From Oscillospiraceae bacterium (GTDB lineage: Bacteria; Bacillota; Clostridia; Oscillospirales; Oscillospiraceae): DNA of 64,000 bases. Below the pieces are notes generated by a model, which had not been told where the DNA came from, made no database searches, and saw only the letters and a program-made list of their open reading frames with translations. The stretch spans positions 1,052-65,051 of the forward strand of contig JAFQFH010000001.1 of assembly GCA_017398685.1 (NCBI GenBank), written 5' to 3'. Made by a program: the position numbers and the translations under genes. Below are positions 42,488-53,302 of the stretch, one piece after another. Each line of letters begins with the position of its first letter. Position 1 is the stretch's first letter.

Positions 42488-43398
42488 ACATGAAAGTCTC
42501 ACTCTCCGGCTGGCAGCTTGATAACCCCATTATCCCCGCCAGCGGCACTTTCGGCTACGGCAAGGAGTTTGCAGAGTTTTACGACATAAACTGCCTTGGC
42601 ACATTTTCTTTCAAGGGCACTACTTTGAATGAGCGCTTCGGCAATCCCACGCCCCGCATTGCCGAGTGCCCCGCCGGGATGCTCAACGCCGTGGGCCTTC
42701 AGAACCCCGGTGTGGAGCATGTTATCGCCCACGAGCTGCCCGAAATGAAAAAATACTTTTCCAAAAAGCTTATCGCCAATGTGAGCGGCTTTTCCGTGGA
42801 AGAGTATGTGAAAGCCTGTGCACTTCTGGACAGGGAGGAGCAGGTGGGGCTGCTGGAAGTAAATATAAGCTGCCCCAATGTGCACAATGGCGGCATGAGC
42901 TTTGGCACCGAGCCAAAGGCGGCTTATGAGGTGACAAAGGCAGTTAAGGCCGTGTGCAAAAAGCCCGTATATATAAAGCTCAGCCCCAATGTGACGGACA
43001 TTGTGTCCATCGCAAAAGCCTGCGAGGACGCAGGAGCTGACGGCATAAGCCTTATAAATACCCTCATGGGTATGCGAATTGACCTTAAAGCACGCCGCCC
43101 CATTCTCGCCAACACCACCGGCGGTTACTCCGGCCCCGGCGTATTCCCCGTGGCGCTGAGGATGGTATATCAGGTGTATGAGGCAGTTAAGGTGCCCATA
43201 ATCGGCATGGGCGGCATCAGCCGGGCCGAGGATGTGATAGAGATGATGCTGGCGGGAGCAAGCGCTGTTGAAGTGGGCGCTGCAAACCTTGCAGACCCGA
43301 TGATTTGCAAAAAGATAATCGACACACTTCCCGCAGTGATGGAAAAATACGGTATAGATAATTTAAGTGAAATAACAGGAGGAGCACACCATGGGTAA
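42481..43398 (+). CDS. pyrD: Dihydroorotate dehydrogenase B catalytic subunit
   Basis: [26 protein letters not shown] and GGI...D. Confidence 0.95.
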   Translation: MVNMKVSLSGWQLDNPIIPASGTFGYGKEFAEFYDINCLGTFSFKGTTLNERFGNPTPRIAECPAGMLNAVGLQNPGVEHVIAHELPEMKKYFSKKLIANVSGFSVEEYVKACALLDREEQVGLLEVNISCPNVHNGGMSFGTEPKAAYEVTKAVKAVCKKPVYIKLSPNVTDIVSIAKACEDAGADGISLINTLMGMRIDLKARRPILANTTGGYSGPGVFPVALRMVYQVYEAVKVPIIGMGGISRAEDVIEMMLAGASAVEVGAANLADPMICKKIIDTLPAVMEKYGIDNLSEITGGAHHG

Positions 43399-44089
43399 GG
43401 ACGTAATAGTTGCCTGCGATTTTGCCGGCAGAGAGCAGGTTTTTGAGTTTCTGGACAAGTTTACCGATACAAAGCCCTTTGTCAAAATCGGTATGGAGCT
43501 TTTCTACGCAGAAGGCCCCCAGATAGTCCGGGACATCAAGGCCAGAGGCCATAAGATTTTCCTCGACCTGAAGCTCCACGATATCCCCAACACCGTCACC
43601 AAGGCAATGCGCGTGCTGTCAAACCTCGACGTGGACATGACAAATCTCCACGCCGCCGGTACCACCGCCATGATGGAGGGCGCTCTCAAGGGTCTGACCC
43701 GCGAAGACGGCAGCCGTCCCATGCTCATCGCCGTGACCCAGCTGACCTCCACCGATCAGGAGAGTATGGAGCGGGATATCCTCATCCGTGAACCTATTGA
43801 CAAGGTCGTAATGCACTATGCCCAGACCGCCAAGAACGCAGGCCTGGACGGCATTGTCTGCTCCCCTCTTGAAAGCGGCAAGGTACACGAGGCCTGTGGA
43901 AAAGATTTCGTCACCGTGACCCCCGGTGTCCGCTTTGCCGAAAACGACAGCGGCGACCAGAAGCGCGTTATGACCCCGGCTGAGGCCAAGCGCATCGGCT
44001 CTGACTACATTGTGGTGGGCCGCCCCATCACTGCCGCCGCTGACCCCGTAGCCGCCTATGAGCGCTGCGTGAGAGAATTTGTGGATTGA
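43391..44089 (+). CDS. pyrF: Orotidine-5'-phosphate decarboxylase
   Basis: VACDF, the [12 protein letters not shown] motif, and IVVGRPI. Confidence 0.95.
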   Translation: MGKDVIVACDFAGREQVFEFLDKFTDTKPFVKIGMELFYAEGPQIVRDIKARGHKIFLDLKLHDIPNTVTKAMRVLSNLDVDMTNLHAAGTTAMMEGALKGLTREDGSRPMLIAVTQLTSTDQESMERDILIREPIDKVVMHYAQTAKNAGLDGIVCSPLESGKVHEACGKDFVTVTPGVRFAENDSGDQKRVMTPAEAKRIGSDYIVVGRPITAAADPVAAYERCVREFVD

Positions 44090-44107
44090 GTTTGGAGGAT
44101 AAAGAAA

Positions 44108-44749
44108 ATGACTGACATTCAGAAGCTTATCGCAAAAGACCTTCTCAGCATCAAGGCCGTATTCTTCCGTCCGGAAGAGCCCTTCACATGGGCCAGCGGC
44201 ATAAAAAGCCCCGTATACTGCGACAATCGCCTCACTCTCACCGCTCCCGAAGTGAGAAACGACGTTGAAAACGCGCTGGCTGAGACCATCCGCGCAAACT
44301 ACCCCGATGTGGAAGTGCTGATGGGCACCTCCACTGCCGGTATCGCCCACGCTGCCATCACCGCACACATCATGGGTCTGCCCATGGGCTATGTGCGCTC
44401 CGGTGCAAAGGATCACGGCAGGCAGAACCAGATTGAAGGCAAGCTCCTTCCCGGCCAGAAGGTGGTCGTGGTGGAAGACCTTATCTCCACCGGCGGCAGC
44501 GTTATCGAGGTGGTTAATGTTCTCCGCGAGGCCGGGGCTGAGGTGCTGGGCATTGTAAGCATATTCACCTACGGCATGAAAAAGGGCCTTGAGCGCCTTG
44601 CCGCAGCAAATGTGAAGAATATCAGCCTCACCGAGTTTGACGTTATTGCCAACATCGCCGCTGAGGAAAACTACATCAAAAAGGAAGACGTGGCAAAGCT
44701 TATCGCTTTCCGCAACAATCCCTCCGACGAGAGCTGGATAGGAGCATAA
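44108..44749 (+). CDS. pyrE: Orotate phosphoribosyltransferase
   Basis: [15 protein letters not shown] plus the PRPP loop [13 protein letters not shown]. Confidence 0.95.
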   Translation: MTDIQKLIAKDLLSIKAVFFRPEEPFTWASGIKSPVYCDNRLTLTAPEVRNDVENALAETIRANYPDVEVLMGTSTAGIAHAAITAHIMGLPMGYVRSGAKDHGRQNQIEGKLLPGQKVVVVEDLISTGGSVIEVVNVLREAGAEVLGIVSIFTYGMKKGLERLAAANVKNISLTEFDVIANIAAEENYIKKEDVAKLIAFRNNPSDESWIGA

Positions 44750-44750
44750 G

Positions 44751-45668
44751 ATGAGAAATCTTATCAACATTCTCGACCTCTCCGTGGAGGAGATAGCCGA
44801 GCTTATATCTGTAGCCGACGATATAATCGCAAATCCCGCGAAGTACCGCCACGTCTGTGACGACAAGATACTGGCCACCCTTTTCTTTGAGCCATCCACC
44901 CGCACAAGGCTCAGCTTTGAGTCTGCAATGCTCAACTTAGGCGGCAAGGTGCTGGGCTTTTCCGACGCAAACTCCAGCTCCTCCACCAAGGGCGAGAGCG
45001 TGGCGGACACGGTAGCGGTTGTCAGCGGCTACGCCGACATTATCGCCATGCGCCACCCCAAAGAGGGTGCGCCCATGGTGGCGGCAATGCACTCCACCAT
45101 CCCTGTGATAAACGCAGGCGACGGCGGACACTATCACCCCACCCAGACCCTTACCGACCTTCTCACCATACATCACGAGAAGGGACGCTTTGACAATCTT
45201 GTGATCGGTCTTTGCGGTGACCTGAAGTTTGGCCGCACGGTGCACTCCCTTATCGAAGCCATGAGTCGCTACAGCGGTATCCGCTTCGTACTCATCTCCC
45301 CGGAGGAGCTGAAGCTGCCCAGCTTCGTAAAGCAGGAGTATATAAAGGACAAGAACATCGACTATGTCCAGTCCACCTCCCTTGAGGATGTTATTGGCGA
45401 GCTTGATATACTGTATATGACCAGAGTGCAGAGAGAGCGCTTTTTCAACGAGGAAGACTATCTGAGGCTCAAGGACAGCTATATTCTGGACAAGGCCAAG
45501 ATGGAAAAGGCCAAAGCTGACATGATAGTGCTCCATCCCCTGCCCCGCGTCAACGAGATTTCCACCGAGGTGGACGATGACCCCCGCGCCTGCTACTTCC
45601 GTCAGGCACACTACGGTAAATTCATCCGCATGGCGCTTATCATGAAGCTTCTGGAGGTGAAGGCATGA
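44751..45668 (+). CDS. pyrB: Aspartate carbamoyltransferase catalytic subunit
   Basis: [13 protein letters not shown] and HPLPR motifs. Confidence 0.95.
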   Translation: MRNLINILDLSVEEIAELISVADDIIANPAKYRHVCDDKILATLFFEPSTRTRLSFESAMLNLGGKVLGFSDANSSSSTKGESVADTVAVVSGYADIIAMRHPKEGAPMVAAMHSTIPVINAGDGGHYHPTQTLTDLLTIHHEKGRFDNLVIGLCGDLKFGRTVHSLIEAMSRYSGIRFVLISPEELKLPSFVKQEYIKDKNIDYVQSTSLEDVIGELDILYMTRVQRERFFNEEDYLRLKDSYILDKAKMEKAKADMIVLHPLPRVNEISTEVDDDPRACYFRQAHYGKFIRMALIMKLLEVKA

Positions 45669-46078
45669 AGGTTGACAGCATCGTAAACGGCATAGTCATC
45701 GACCATATAGCCGCAGGCAAGGCCATGACCCTATACAGGCTTCTGGAGCTGGACAAGCTGGACTGCCCCGTGGCCGTTATCCAGAACGCCCCCAGTGAGT
45801 TCATGGGCAAGAAGGATATTATCAAGATAGACAGCGATGTGGACGTAAATCTGGATGTTATTGGCTATGTAAGCCCCAATGTGACTGTAAATATCATCCG
45901 GAACGAAGAAATCGTTGAGAAAAAGCACCTGAGCCTGCCCAGGAAGCTGACAAATATTATCCGCTGCAAGAACCCCCGCTGCATCACCACCACCGAGCAG
46001 GGCATTGACCATATCTTCATGCTCCGCGGTGAGGACAGAAACGAATACCGCTGCTACTACTGCGACGCAAAGCCCTGA
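45665..46078 (+). CDS. pyrI: Aspartate carbamoyltransferase regulatory subunit
   Basis: I.NGIVIDHI plus the C-terminal zinc motif CKNPRC...CYYC. Confidence 0.95.
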   Translation: MKVDSIVNGIVIDHIAAGKAMTLYRLLELDKLDCPVAVIQNAPSEFMGKKDIIKIDSDVDVNLDVIGYVSPNVTVNIIRNEEIVEKKHLSLPRKLTNIIRCKNPRCITTTEQGIDHIFMLRGEDRNEYRCYYCDAKP

Positions 46079-46088
46079 TAAAATGACA

Positions 46089-46121
46089 AAAAACTGCCGC
46101 ACCCTTCGGTGCGGCAGTTTT
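46089..46121. terminator. Terminator after the pyr operon (bidirectional)
   Basis: aaaactgccgcac-ccttcg-gtgcggcagtttt. Confidence 0.85.
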
Positions 46122-46137
46122 GCATTTATTATATGTA

Positions 46138-47241
46138 TCAGATCTTGATAAGCTCGTAGTCTCTGGTGCCGATGCCCAGCTTTTCAGCGTGCTCAACGGC
46201 GCTCATCCAGTTGGTTTCAGGATGGTTGTCGTTGAAGTGGTCGTTGTGGGTGTGGGGCAGCTCGTCGAGAATGCTGCCGGTGAGGACGGGCTGGGCGTTT
46301 GCAGCGTCAGCACAGGCCATATCAAGGGCAACAGGGTCAAAGGAGCAGAACATACCCACATCGGGGATGATGGGCATATCGTTTTCGGCATGGCAGTCAC
46401 AGTTGGGGGAGACGTCCATGACAAAGCTTATGTGGAAGTGGGGACGGTCTTTCACGACAGCCAGAGCGTACTCTGCGATCTTGCAGTTGAGGATATCGTT
46501 GGACTCGTCATTGGCGGCGGTGACGGCATCCATGGGGCAAACGCCGATGCATCTGCCGCAGCCGACGCACTTGTCATAGTCAATGGAGGCCTTCTTATTG
46601 CTGACAGTGATGGCACCGTGGGCGCAGTTTCTGGTGCAGGCGCCGCAGCCGATGCAGTTTTCCTGATGGACAACAGGCTTACCGGCAGAGTGCATCTCCA
46701 TCTTGCCGGCTCTGGAGCCACAGCCCATGCCAAGGTTCTTGAGAGCGCCGCCGAAGCCGGTGGACTCATGGCCCTTGAAGTGGTTCATGGAGATAATGAT
46801 GTCTGCATCCATAACGGCGCGGCCTATCTTGGCTTCCTTTACGTACTCACCGTCAATGGGAACGAGCACTTCGTCAGTGCCCTTCAGACCGTCGGCAATG
46901 ATGACGTGGGCGCCGGTGGTGAAGGGGTTGTAGCCATTTTCATAGGCAGCTTCCAGATGGTCCAGAGCGTTCTTGCGGCGGCCGACGTAGAGGGTGTTGC
47001 AGTCGGTCAGGTAGACACGGCCGCCTGCGTTCTTTATCATGTCAATAACTACCTTGGCGTAGTTGGGACGCAGATAGGACAGGTTGCCGGGCTCACCGAA
47101 GTGGATTTTGATGGCGGTGAACTTGTTTGTGAAATCTATGCCCTCGAGCATGCCTGCGGTCTTGATGAGGCGGGCCAGCTTCTGAGGGATATTCTCGGTG
47201 AAAGTGGCGCGGAAATTGGCAAAATAAACTTTGGATGCCAT
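46138..47241 (-). CDS. DUF362-family protein with two inserted 4Fe-4S ferredoxin motifs
   Basis: The N-terminus is IKIHFGE.GN...RP; the cluster motifs are CIGCGACTRNC and CVGCGRCIGVCP. Confidence 0.85.
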   Translation of the reverse strand: MASKVYFANFRATFTENIPQKLARLIKTAGMLEGIDFTNKFTAIKIHFGEPGNLSYLRPNYAKVVIDMIKNAGGRVYLTDCNTLYVGRRKNALDHLEAAYENGYNPFTTGAHVIIADGLKGTDEVLVPIDGEYVKEAKIGRAVMDADIIISMNHFKGHESTGFGGALKNLGMGCGSRAGKMEMHSAGKPVVHQENCIGCGACTRNCAHGAITVSNKKASIDYDKCVGCGRCIGVCPMDAVTAANDESNDILNCKIAEYALAVVKDRPHFHISFVMDVSPNCDCHAENDMPIIPDVGMFCSFDPVALDMACADAANAQPVLTGSILDELPHTHNDHFNDNHPETNWMSAVEHAEKLGIGTRDYELIKI

Positions 47242-47330
47242 GGTGCTCCTCCTTAAATTTCTTTAAAGCATACATTTTTATTATATCAAATCGGGGAGCA
47301 AAGTCAATACAAGGCTCTTGCGCTGATTTT

Positions 47331-47594
47331 TTACAAAGAACAAATATGGCGCATTTTGGCCGTAAGCTTCAGCTTTTCCTGCGCTGTATCCCAATCTCCG
47401 GGGCAGGGCCGTATATCCACGCCCGGCACAGCAGCATTTTCGCAGTCCACATACAGCTCATAGGCAAGCCACATGCATTGAAAGCTGACACGCACATATT
47501 CTCCTTCCCTGCAAATACTCACACTGCGGATGTGACTTTCTTCAAGGCCCACATACTCCAGAGCCACACGCAAGGCATCATAATTATTATTCAT
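47331..47594 (-). CDS. Hypothetical small protein (weak PepSY-like pattern)
   Basis: The 87-aa ORF has an AGGAAAGGA-like SD. The resemblance to PepSY is weak. Confidence 0.4.
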   Translation of the reverse strand: MNNNYDALRVALEYVGLEESHIRSVSICREGEYVRVSFQCMWLAYELYVDCENAAVPGVDIRPCPGDWDTAQEKLKLTAKMRHICSL

Positions 47595-47659
47595 TTTCCA
47601 CTATCCTTTCCTGTTTTCTGTTTTGAGGATAATTGAAAACAATAAGAACAAAATTAAAG

Positions 47660-48007
47660 CTACATGAAAATAAAATAATATGCACCAAAAAGGAACATGA
47701 GCGATGCAATTATGGCAAGCAGTGCTTTCAGCCATCGGCCTGCACCGGCTCGGGGCGGCATCATTCCCCCGTATTCTCCTGCCGCCTCCCTCGCCTGACG
47801 CAGAAGTTCCTGTGTGGACAGGCGGCTCTGGCGTACATAATCGTCACTAAGCACAAACACCGCATGGGAAAACATTCGGTTTTCCGGCTTCACTATGATG
47901 ACGTTCTGAATATTCCCCTTGATTGGCGCATACTCAAGCTTTTTCCTTTGCCTTGTACATATGCTCTGCCGCAGCCGCCAGATACGGTAGCGTATTCTCT
48001 CCATCAT
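47660..48007 (-). CDS. Hypothetical tail-anchored membrane protein translationally coupled to spoIIE
   Basis: Its ATG overlaps the spoIIE stop (ATGA). It has a basic N-terminus and a single C-terminal TM helix. Confidence 0.55.
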   Translation of the reverse strand: MMERIRYRIWRLRQSICTRQRKKLEYAPIKGNIQNVIIVKPENRMFSHAVFVLSDDYVRQSRLSTQELLRQAREAAGEYGGMMPPRAGAGRWLKALLAIIASLMFLFGAYYFIFM

Positions 48008-50331
48008 GGCCGTTCCTCCACTCTTACGGTGAGCACCGTCATATCGTCATTGGCTCCATAAAGCTTTTCCGCCTCTTTCAGCGTAGAGCGGGCCAGCGCC
48101 TTCATGTCCTCAAAGCCCTTATTCAAAAGCGCCTTTATCCACTCATCCTCCGCATCTGCTATTACCCCGTCCGAGGCAATTATGGCGGTACAGCCGGGCT
48201 TTAAGCGCATACGCACAAGATCCGGCGCCATGCCCTCGCCCAGCCCCAGTCCCGCAGCAAGGCTCTCGCCCTTGATACGCTTTACGGTTTTGCCGTTAAA
48301 TACGTATGAGGGCGCGGCACCGTATTTATAAAAGCAGGTGTCACCTGTAAAAAGATTTACGCACATAAGATCCACCGTGGCATAGCCCCAGCTCTCCGCA
48401 CTTTTCAAGAGCATGACGGAATTGAGTATCTTCATGGAAACCGCCGGGTCAATTCCGGAGCGAAGAAATTTTTCCAGTATGCTGACGGCCTGATCGCTGT
48501 CCCGGGCAGCGTCGCTGCCGGTGCCCATGCCGTCGGAGAGGATGACGCAGAGAATGCCGGAGTCCGTTTTGAAGTATGTACCCTTATCGCCGCTGACCTT
48601 TTCGCCCCGCTTTTTCATTGCGGCTATGCCCACGGACACCGCCAGAGGCTCCGCCTCCAGAAGAGTAAGCCGGCTTCCGTTTTCCTCCGTCTCCAATGGC
48701 TGGCAAAGGCGCACACCCACAACGGATGAGAGCTTGTCCAGATAGTCTCCGCTGCGGGTAAGAGGCGTGAGCCTGCCGCTTTCTATTACCACCCGGGTCC
48801 TGCCGCTGCCATCCCTGTATACGGCTGTGTCCGCGTCTATATCCAGAGTCCTCAGATATTTTGTAAGCCGTTTTTCCGCCAAGGGGTCGGAGCCGTTCTT
48901 GCTGCCCAGCTCATCGGCTACGGTGGAGAGTATCTGGGAGATGTCCGCCAGCTGCGCCCATGCAATGCTCCTGTTTTCCCGCAGATGCTCCCGAAGGCGA
49001 CGGCGGTACGCCAGAGAGCGAAGCTGGGCATTGACCGAGGCCACAAAGGCCGGAAGCGAAGTGCAGCGTTCCCTGAAAAAACCGGGCAGATCGTTCACAT
49101 GGAGGCTGCCGTTCTCGCTCATGGCGTGGGTGGCATCGTTCATGGCGGAAAGCGTATCCATGTACTCATTGTTCCAGCAGCGGTTTTTGTAACGGCAGCG
49201 GACACACACCTCATCTGCCGCCCGGTCAAAGACCCGGGCAATGTTTTCGTCATTATACGGCTGCTCCACATTCTTGCGGACTGTCTCATAAAGCTCTGAG
49301 TAGGCAAGGCTGAGATTTTTTACCCGCCCTGCTACGAAACGGCGCAGTCCGGTTTCGCCGCTGCCTCTCTCCGCCGGCTGGAGCAGCATACCCACCTGAT
49401 TTAAAAATGCACCAGGCAAAAGTAGAAACACACAGCATGCACTGAAAAATTCAAGCAGCGCCGATATATAAAGCTCCTCATCCCATCCTCCCACCACGGA
49501 AAGCGCCCCTGCAAGAAGAAAGGACAGCGCAAATATAAATCTGCCATGCTTGCCGAAAACGCCGGAGAGAAGCCCTGAAAAGGCGTAGGCCATGGCATAG
49601 AAGGGATGCCCCATGCGGCAGATGTCCATAGCAAGGCCCAAAACCGTACCCACCGCAGCCCCAGTGAACATGCCGCCCTTCATGGCAGAGCTCATCACCA
49701 GCAAAAGGGACAAAAACCTCCCCACCGACAAAAGGGAAAAAAGCTCAACCCGGGCAAAGGCCATGAGCGCACAGGCCGCCATTATCATCACAGCCACACT
49801 GTGCTTAAGTTCAGCCGTCTCTGTTGTATGCGTCTCCCCGCTTAGCGCCTCATGGAAAAAATATGTACTGCCAAAGGCAAGACTTGTTTCAAGAAAAATC
49901 TCCGCATACATGGGCAGAGCCCCATTGGAGGAAGACATGTTGCCCAGAAAACCGGTAAGCGCCATGACAATGCCTGAGGCCGTGGGCATAAAATACTCCT
50001 GTTTGTAAAATGAAAGTTCCTGAAAGACAAAGGCAATGGTATAAACCAGCACACAGGCGGCAATATAACGTATGCCCCAGCCAAGGCCGCCGCTCAGAAG
50101 ATAGCCTGCGGAGGCACCCACGAGAGCACACACTCCGGATATCCCCGCCCCCGAACAGGCCACCATCGCCATGCCGAAGGGAGCGCCGTTTTGCAGCACC
50201 CTGCCACAGCTCATAAGCATGCCCATCCCCATGTATATGACACCTCTCAGGGCGATATAAAATCGGGGGTCTGTTTCCCCCGTTCTTACCCTGCCCATCA
50301 TCTTCAGTTTCCCACGTCCTCCAAGCTCCAT
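48004..50331 (-). CDS. spoIIE: Stage II sporulation protein E (PP2C phosphatase)
   Basis: About 10 N-terminal TM helices, then a central regulatory region, then a C-terminal PP2C domain (VSGDKG....LSDGMG.G..A...S, ASDGV, DDMTVL). GGAGGG lies 7 nt upstream of the ATG at 50331. Confidence 0.9.
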   Translation of the reverse strand: MELGGRGKLKMMGRVRTGETDPRFYIALRGVIYMGMGMLMSCGRVLQNGAPFGMAMVACSGAGISGVCALVGASAGYLLSGGLGWGIRYIAACVLVYTIAFVFQELSFYKQEYFMPTASGIVMALTGFLGNMSSSNGALPMYAEIFLETSLAFGSTYFFHEALSGETHTTETAELKHSVAVMIMAACALMAFARVELFSLLSVGRFLSLLLVMSSAMKGGMFTGAAVGTVLGLAMDICRMGHPFYAMAYAFSGLLSGVFGKHGRFIFALSFLLAGALSVVGGWDEELYISALLEFFSACCVFLLLPGAFLNQVGMLLQPAERGSGETGLRRFVAGRVKNLSLAYSELYETVRKNVEQPYNDENIARVFDRAADEVCVRCRYKNRCWNNEYMDTLSAMNDATHAMSENGSLHVNDLPGFFRERCTSLPAFVASVNAQLRSLAYRRRLREHLRENRSIAWAQLADISQILSTVADELGSKNGSDPLAEKRLTKYLRTLDIDADTAVYRDGSGRTRVVIESGRLTPLTRSGDYLDKLSSVVGVRLCQPLETEENGSRLTLLEAEPLAVSVGIAAMKKRGEKVSGDKGTYFKTDSGILCVILSDGMGTGSDAARDSDQAVSILEKFLRSGIDPAVSMKILNSVMLLKSAESWGYATVDLMCVNLFTGDTCFYKYGAAPSYVFNGKTVKRIKGESLAAGLGLGEGMAPDLVRMRLKPGCTAIIASDGVIADAEDEWIKALLNKGFEDMKALARSTLKEAEKLYGANDDMTVLTVRVEERP

Positions 50332-50528
50332 TTTACGCCCTCCAGAGTTTACATAAGTTTATAATTATTATAGTTATGTAATTCGACGAAGGCTGTCAGA
50401 CGGTGCTGTATTATTATGATTATTCCAAGGGGGAATTGTTGGGAAAAGACAGGCTTGCAAATGTTTGATATGCTTACAGCTCATATTTGTCCGTTCGCTC
50501 CGGACGGGGCTTTTTCTGTGTGAAAACC

Positions 50529-50557
50529 TTGCCATTGATTTTTCGCTGTGGTAAAAT
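50529..50557 (+). promoter_or_regulatory. Candidate promoter of ahcY
   Basis: TTGCCA, a 17-nt spacer, then an extended -10 (TGG-TAAAAT). Confidence 0.6.
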
Positions 50558-50595
50558 ATTTTGTCTGATATTTTACTGTAGCGGAGGATTTTTCC

Positions 50596-51831
50596 ATGAG
50601 CTTTATAAAGGATATATCCCTTGCCCCTTCCGGCGAGATGAAAATAAAATGGGTTGAGCGCAGAATGCCTGTTCTCTGCCGCATTGCAGAGCAGTTCAAA
50701 GAGAGCCGTCCTTTTGAGGGTTTGAAGGTTGCGCTGAGTGTGCATCTTGAGGCCAAGACCGCGTATCTCTGCCGTGTTATGGAGCTGGGCGGAGCCGAAA
50801 TGTACGTTACCGGCTCCAATCCCCTGTCCACTCAGGACGATGTGGCCGCAGCGCTGGTTGCAGGCGGCATGGAGGTTTTTGCCCGCTATGACTGCTCCAT
50901 GGAGGAGTACGAGGAAAATCTCTGCCGTGTGCTGGAAGCAGGCCCCAACATCATCATTGACGACGGCGGCGACCTTGTAAAGCTCATCCACGAAAAGTAC
51001 CGTCATCTGATCCCCAATATCATAGGCGGCTGCGAAGAGACCACCACCGGCATCCACCGTCTTCGTGCCATGGACCGCAAGGGCGAGCTGTGCTTCCCCA
51101 TGGTCATGGTCAATGAGGCCGACTGCAAGCACATGTTCGATAACCGCTACGGCACCGGTCAGTCCGTGTGGGACGGTATCATGCGCACCACAAACCTTAT
51201 TGTCGCCGGAAAGCAGGTTGTGGTATCCGGCTACGGTTGGTGCGGCAAGGGCGTTTCCCTGAGAGCCAAGGGTATGGGTGCAAGGGTCATCGTTACCGAA
51301 ACTGACCCCATCCGCGCTCTGGAAGCCTACATGGACGGCTATGAGGTCATGCCCATGGACGAGGCCGCAAAGCATGGCGACATCTTTGTCACCGTCACCG
51401 GCTGCAGCGGTGTTATCCGCAAGGAGCACTATGAAAGCATGAAGGACGGGGCTATTCTCTCCAACGCAGGCCACTTTGATGTGGAAGTGGATATTGCAGG
51501 GCTGAAGGACTACGCTGTTGAGAGCTATGAGGCAAGGCACAATATTCAGGCCTATGTGCTCCCCTCCGGCAAGACCCTTTTCGTCATTGCTCAGGGCAGG
51601 CTTGTAAATCTTGCAGCGGCTGACGGGCATCCCGCCGAGATAATGGACATGAGCTTTGCAATTCAGGCTCTCTCCGCCGAGTATCTGGCCTCCCACAAGG
51701 CTGAGCTTGGAAACCATGTTATTGCGGTACCCCGTGAAATAGACGAGCGCGTGGCCAGAATAAAGCTTGAGGCCATGGGAGTAGGTATCGACACTCTCAG
51801 TGCCGAGCAGGCAGATTATCTTGGTATTTGA
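50596..51831 (+). CDS. ahcY: Adenosylhomocysteinase
   Basis: HLEAKTA, TGSNPLSTQDDVAAAL, EETTTG and VSGYGWCGKG. Confidence 0.95.
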   Translation: MSFIKDISLAPSGEMKIKWVERRMPVLCRIAEQFKESRPFEGLKVALSVHLEAKTAYLCRVMELGGAEMYVTGSNPLSTQDDVAAALVAGGMEVFARYDCSMEEYEENLCRVLEAGPNIIIDDGGDLVKLIHEKYRHLIPNIIGGCEETTTGIHRLRAMDRKGELCFPMVMVNEADCKHMFDNRYGTGQSVWDGIMRTTNLIVAGKQVVVSGYGWCGKGVSLRAKGMGARVIVTETDPIRALEAYMDGYEVMPMDEAAKHGDIFVTVTGCSGVIRKEHYESMKDGAILSNAGHFDVEVDIAGLKDYAVESYEARHNIQAYVLPSGKTLFVIAQGRLVNLAAADGHPAEIMDMSFAIQALSAEYLASHKAELGNHVIAVPREIDERVARIKLEAMGVGIDTLSAEQADYLGI

Positions 51832-51874
51832 TTTTTTGATTTTAAACCGCAAACACTGAAAGGAGGTTTGTTTC

Positions 51875-53284
51875 GTGGCTGAAATTGAGAATATTGAAGC
51901 TATGGACTTTGACCTTTTGGTTGAAAAACGCACCGATGAGCTGACTGAGCTGCTGGACAAAAGAGATATGAAGCAGCTTAAACGGCGCATGGAGGAAATG
52001 AACGAATTTGACGTGGCGGAATTTCTGACGGAGATAGGCGACAACAGGATGCCCATGGTGTTCAGACTTCTCTCCAAGGAGGCCGCCGCAGAGGTCTTTG
52101 CCAATTTTGAAGCGCCCGAGCAGGAGCAGATAATAAATTCCATCACCGATTCCGAGCTTGCAGCCATTATTGAGGAGCTGTACGTGGACGACGCGGTTGA
52201 CATGATGGAGGAGCTGCCCGCAAACGTTGTGCGCCGTGTGATGCGCACCGCCACCGCAGAGACCCGAAACCTTATAAACCAGTATCTCAGATACCCGGAA
52301 AACTCCGCAGGCAGCATTATGACCTCGGAATTTGTGGATCTGAAAAAATACATGAGCGTCAAAGAGTCCTTTGCCCGCATAAGGCGCATCGGCGAGGACA
52401 AGGAGACTATCTATGTCTGCTTTGTTATCTCCGCCGACAGAAAGCTTGAGGGCATAGTGACAGTGAAGGATCTGCTTCTGGCCGATGACGATGTTATCAT
52501 CGAAGATCTCATGGACAGAAACGTGATTTTCGCCTCCACCACCGACGACCAGGAGAGCGTTTCCGAGAAGTTCTCCGACTACGACCTTATGGCAATGCCG
52601 GTTGTGGATAAGGAAGGCAGGCTTGTTGGCATCGTCACCGTTGACGACGTTCTGGACGTTATGGAGCAGGAGACCACCGAAGACTTTGAAATCATGGCCG
52701 GTATTCTCCCTTCCGACAAGCCCTATTCCCGCACAAGCACCTTTGAGATGTGGAAAAACCGCATCCCCTGGCTTATGTTTCTGATGCTTTCTGCCACCTT
52801 CACCAGCATGATACTCACCTCCTTTGAGGATATGCTGGCTGTACAGGCCGGACTTGTGGCCTTTATCCCCATGCTGATGGGCACCGGCGGCAATTCCGGC
52901 GCGCAGGCCTCCACTGCCGTTATACGAAGCCTCTCCCTTGGTGACACCGAACCAAAGGATGCCTTCCGCGTGATGTGGAAAGAGTGGCGGGTTTCTTTCC
53001 TTTGCGGTCTGAGCCTTGCCGTGGTCAATTTTGTGAAAATGCTGCTGGTGGACGGTATGGTGCTGCACAATGATGTTATTACCGTGGCTGTGGCTGCCAC
53101 CGTGTCCCTCTCCATTTTGTTTATCGTTATGTTTGCCAAGGTTGTGGGCAGCACCCTGCCCATTCTGGCGGAAAAAATCGGGGTAGACCCTGCGGTCATG
53201 GCAAACCCGCTCATATCCACCGTGACTGACGCGGTATCCCTGCTTATCTATATCTATGTGGCAAAGCTTATTCTCCACATATAA
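51875..53284 (+). CDS. mgtE: Magnesium transporter MgtE
   Basis: MgtE N-domain, tandem CBS domains, then the TM domain (GNSGAQ). It uses a GTG start 8 nt after GGAGG. Confidence 0.95.
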   Translation: MAEIENIEAMDFDLLVEKRTDELTELLDKRDMKQLKRRMEEMNEFDVAEFLTEIGDNRMPMVFRLLSKEAAAEVFANFEAPEQEQIINSITDSELAAIIEELYVDDAVDMMEELPANVVRRVMRTATAETRNLINQYLRYPENSAGSIMTSEFVDLKKYMSVKESFARIRRIGEDKETIYVCFVISADRKLEGIVTVKDLLLADDDVIIEDLMDRNVIFASTTDDQESVSEKFSDYDLMAMPVVDKEGRLVGIVTVDDVLDVMEQETTEDFEIMAGILPSDKPYSRTSTFEMWKNRIPWLMFLMLSATFTSMILTSFEDMLAVQAGLVAFIPMLMGTGGNSGAQASTAVIRSLSLGDTEPKDAFRVMWKEWRVSFLCGLSLAVVNFVKMLLVDGMVLHNDVITVAVAATVSLSILFIVMFAKVVGSTLPILAEKIGVDPAVMANPLISTVTDAVSLLIYIYVAKLILHI

Positions 53285-53302
53285 AAAGGAAAGTGTCATC
53301 TT

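Noticed and set aside
50340-50595. SAH or SAM riboswitch, or a terminator, upstream of ahcY (hairpin gtccg-ttcgctc-cggac followed by GGGGCTTTTT at about 50489-50515).
   Set aside because: The stem is only 5 bp, and no SAH-riboswitch-like conserved segments were recognisable. The hairpin lies upstream of the best promoter candidate (50529-50557). This is probably just the divergent spoIIE/ahcY intergenic region. An Rfam scan could confirm.
51832-51874. M-box (Mg2+) riboswitch in front of mgtE.
   Set aside because: The intergenic space is only about 40 nt, far too short for an M-box. mgtE appears co-transcribed with ahcY.
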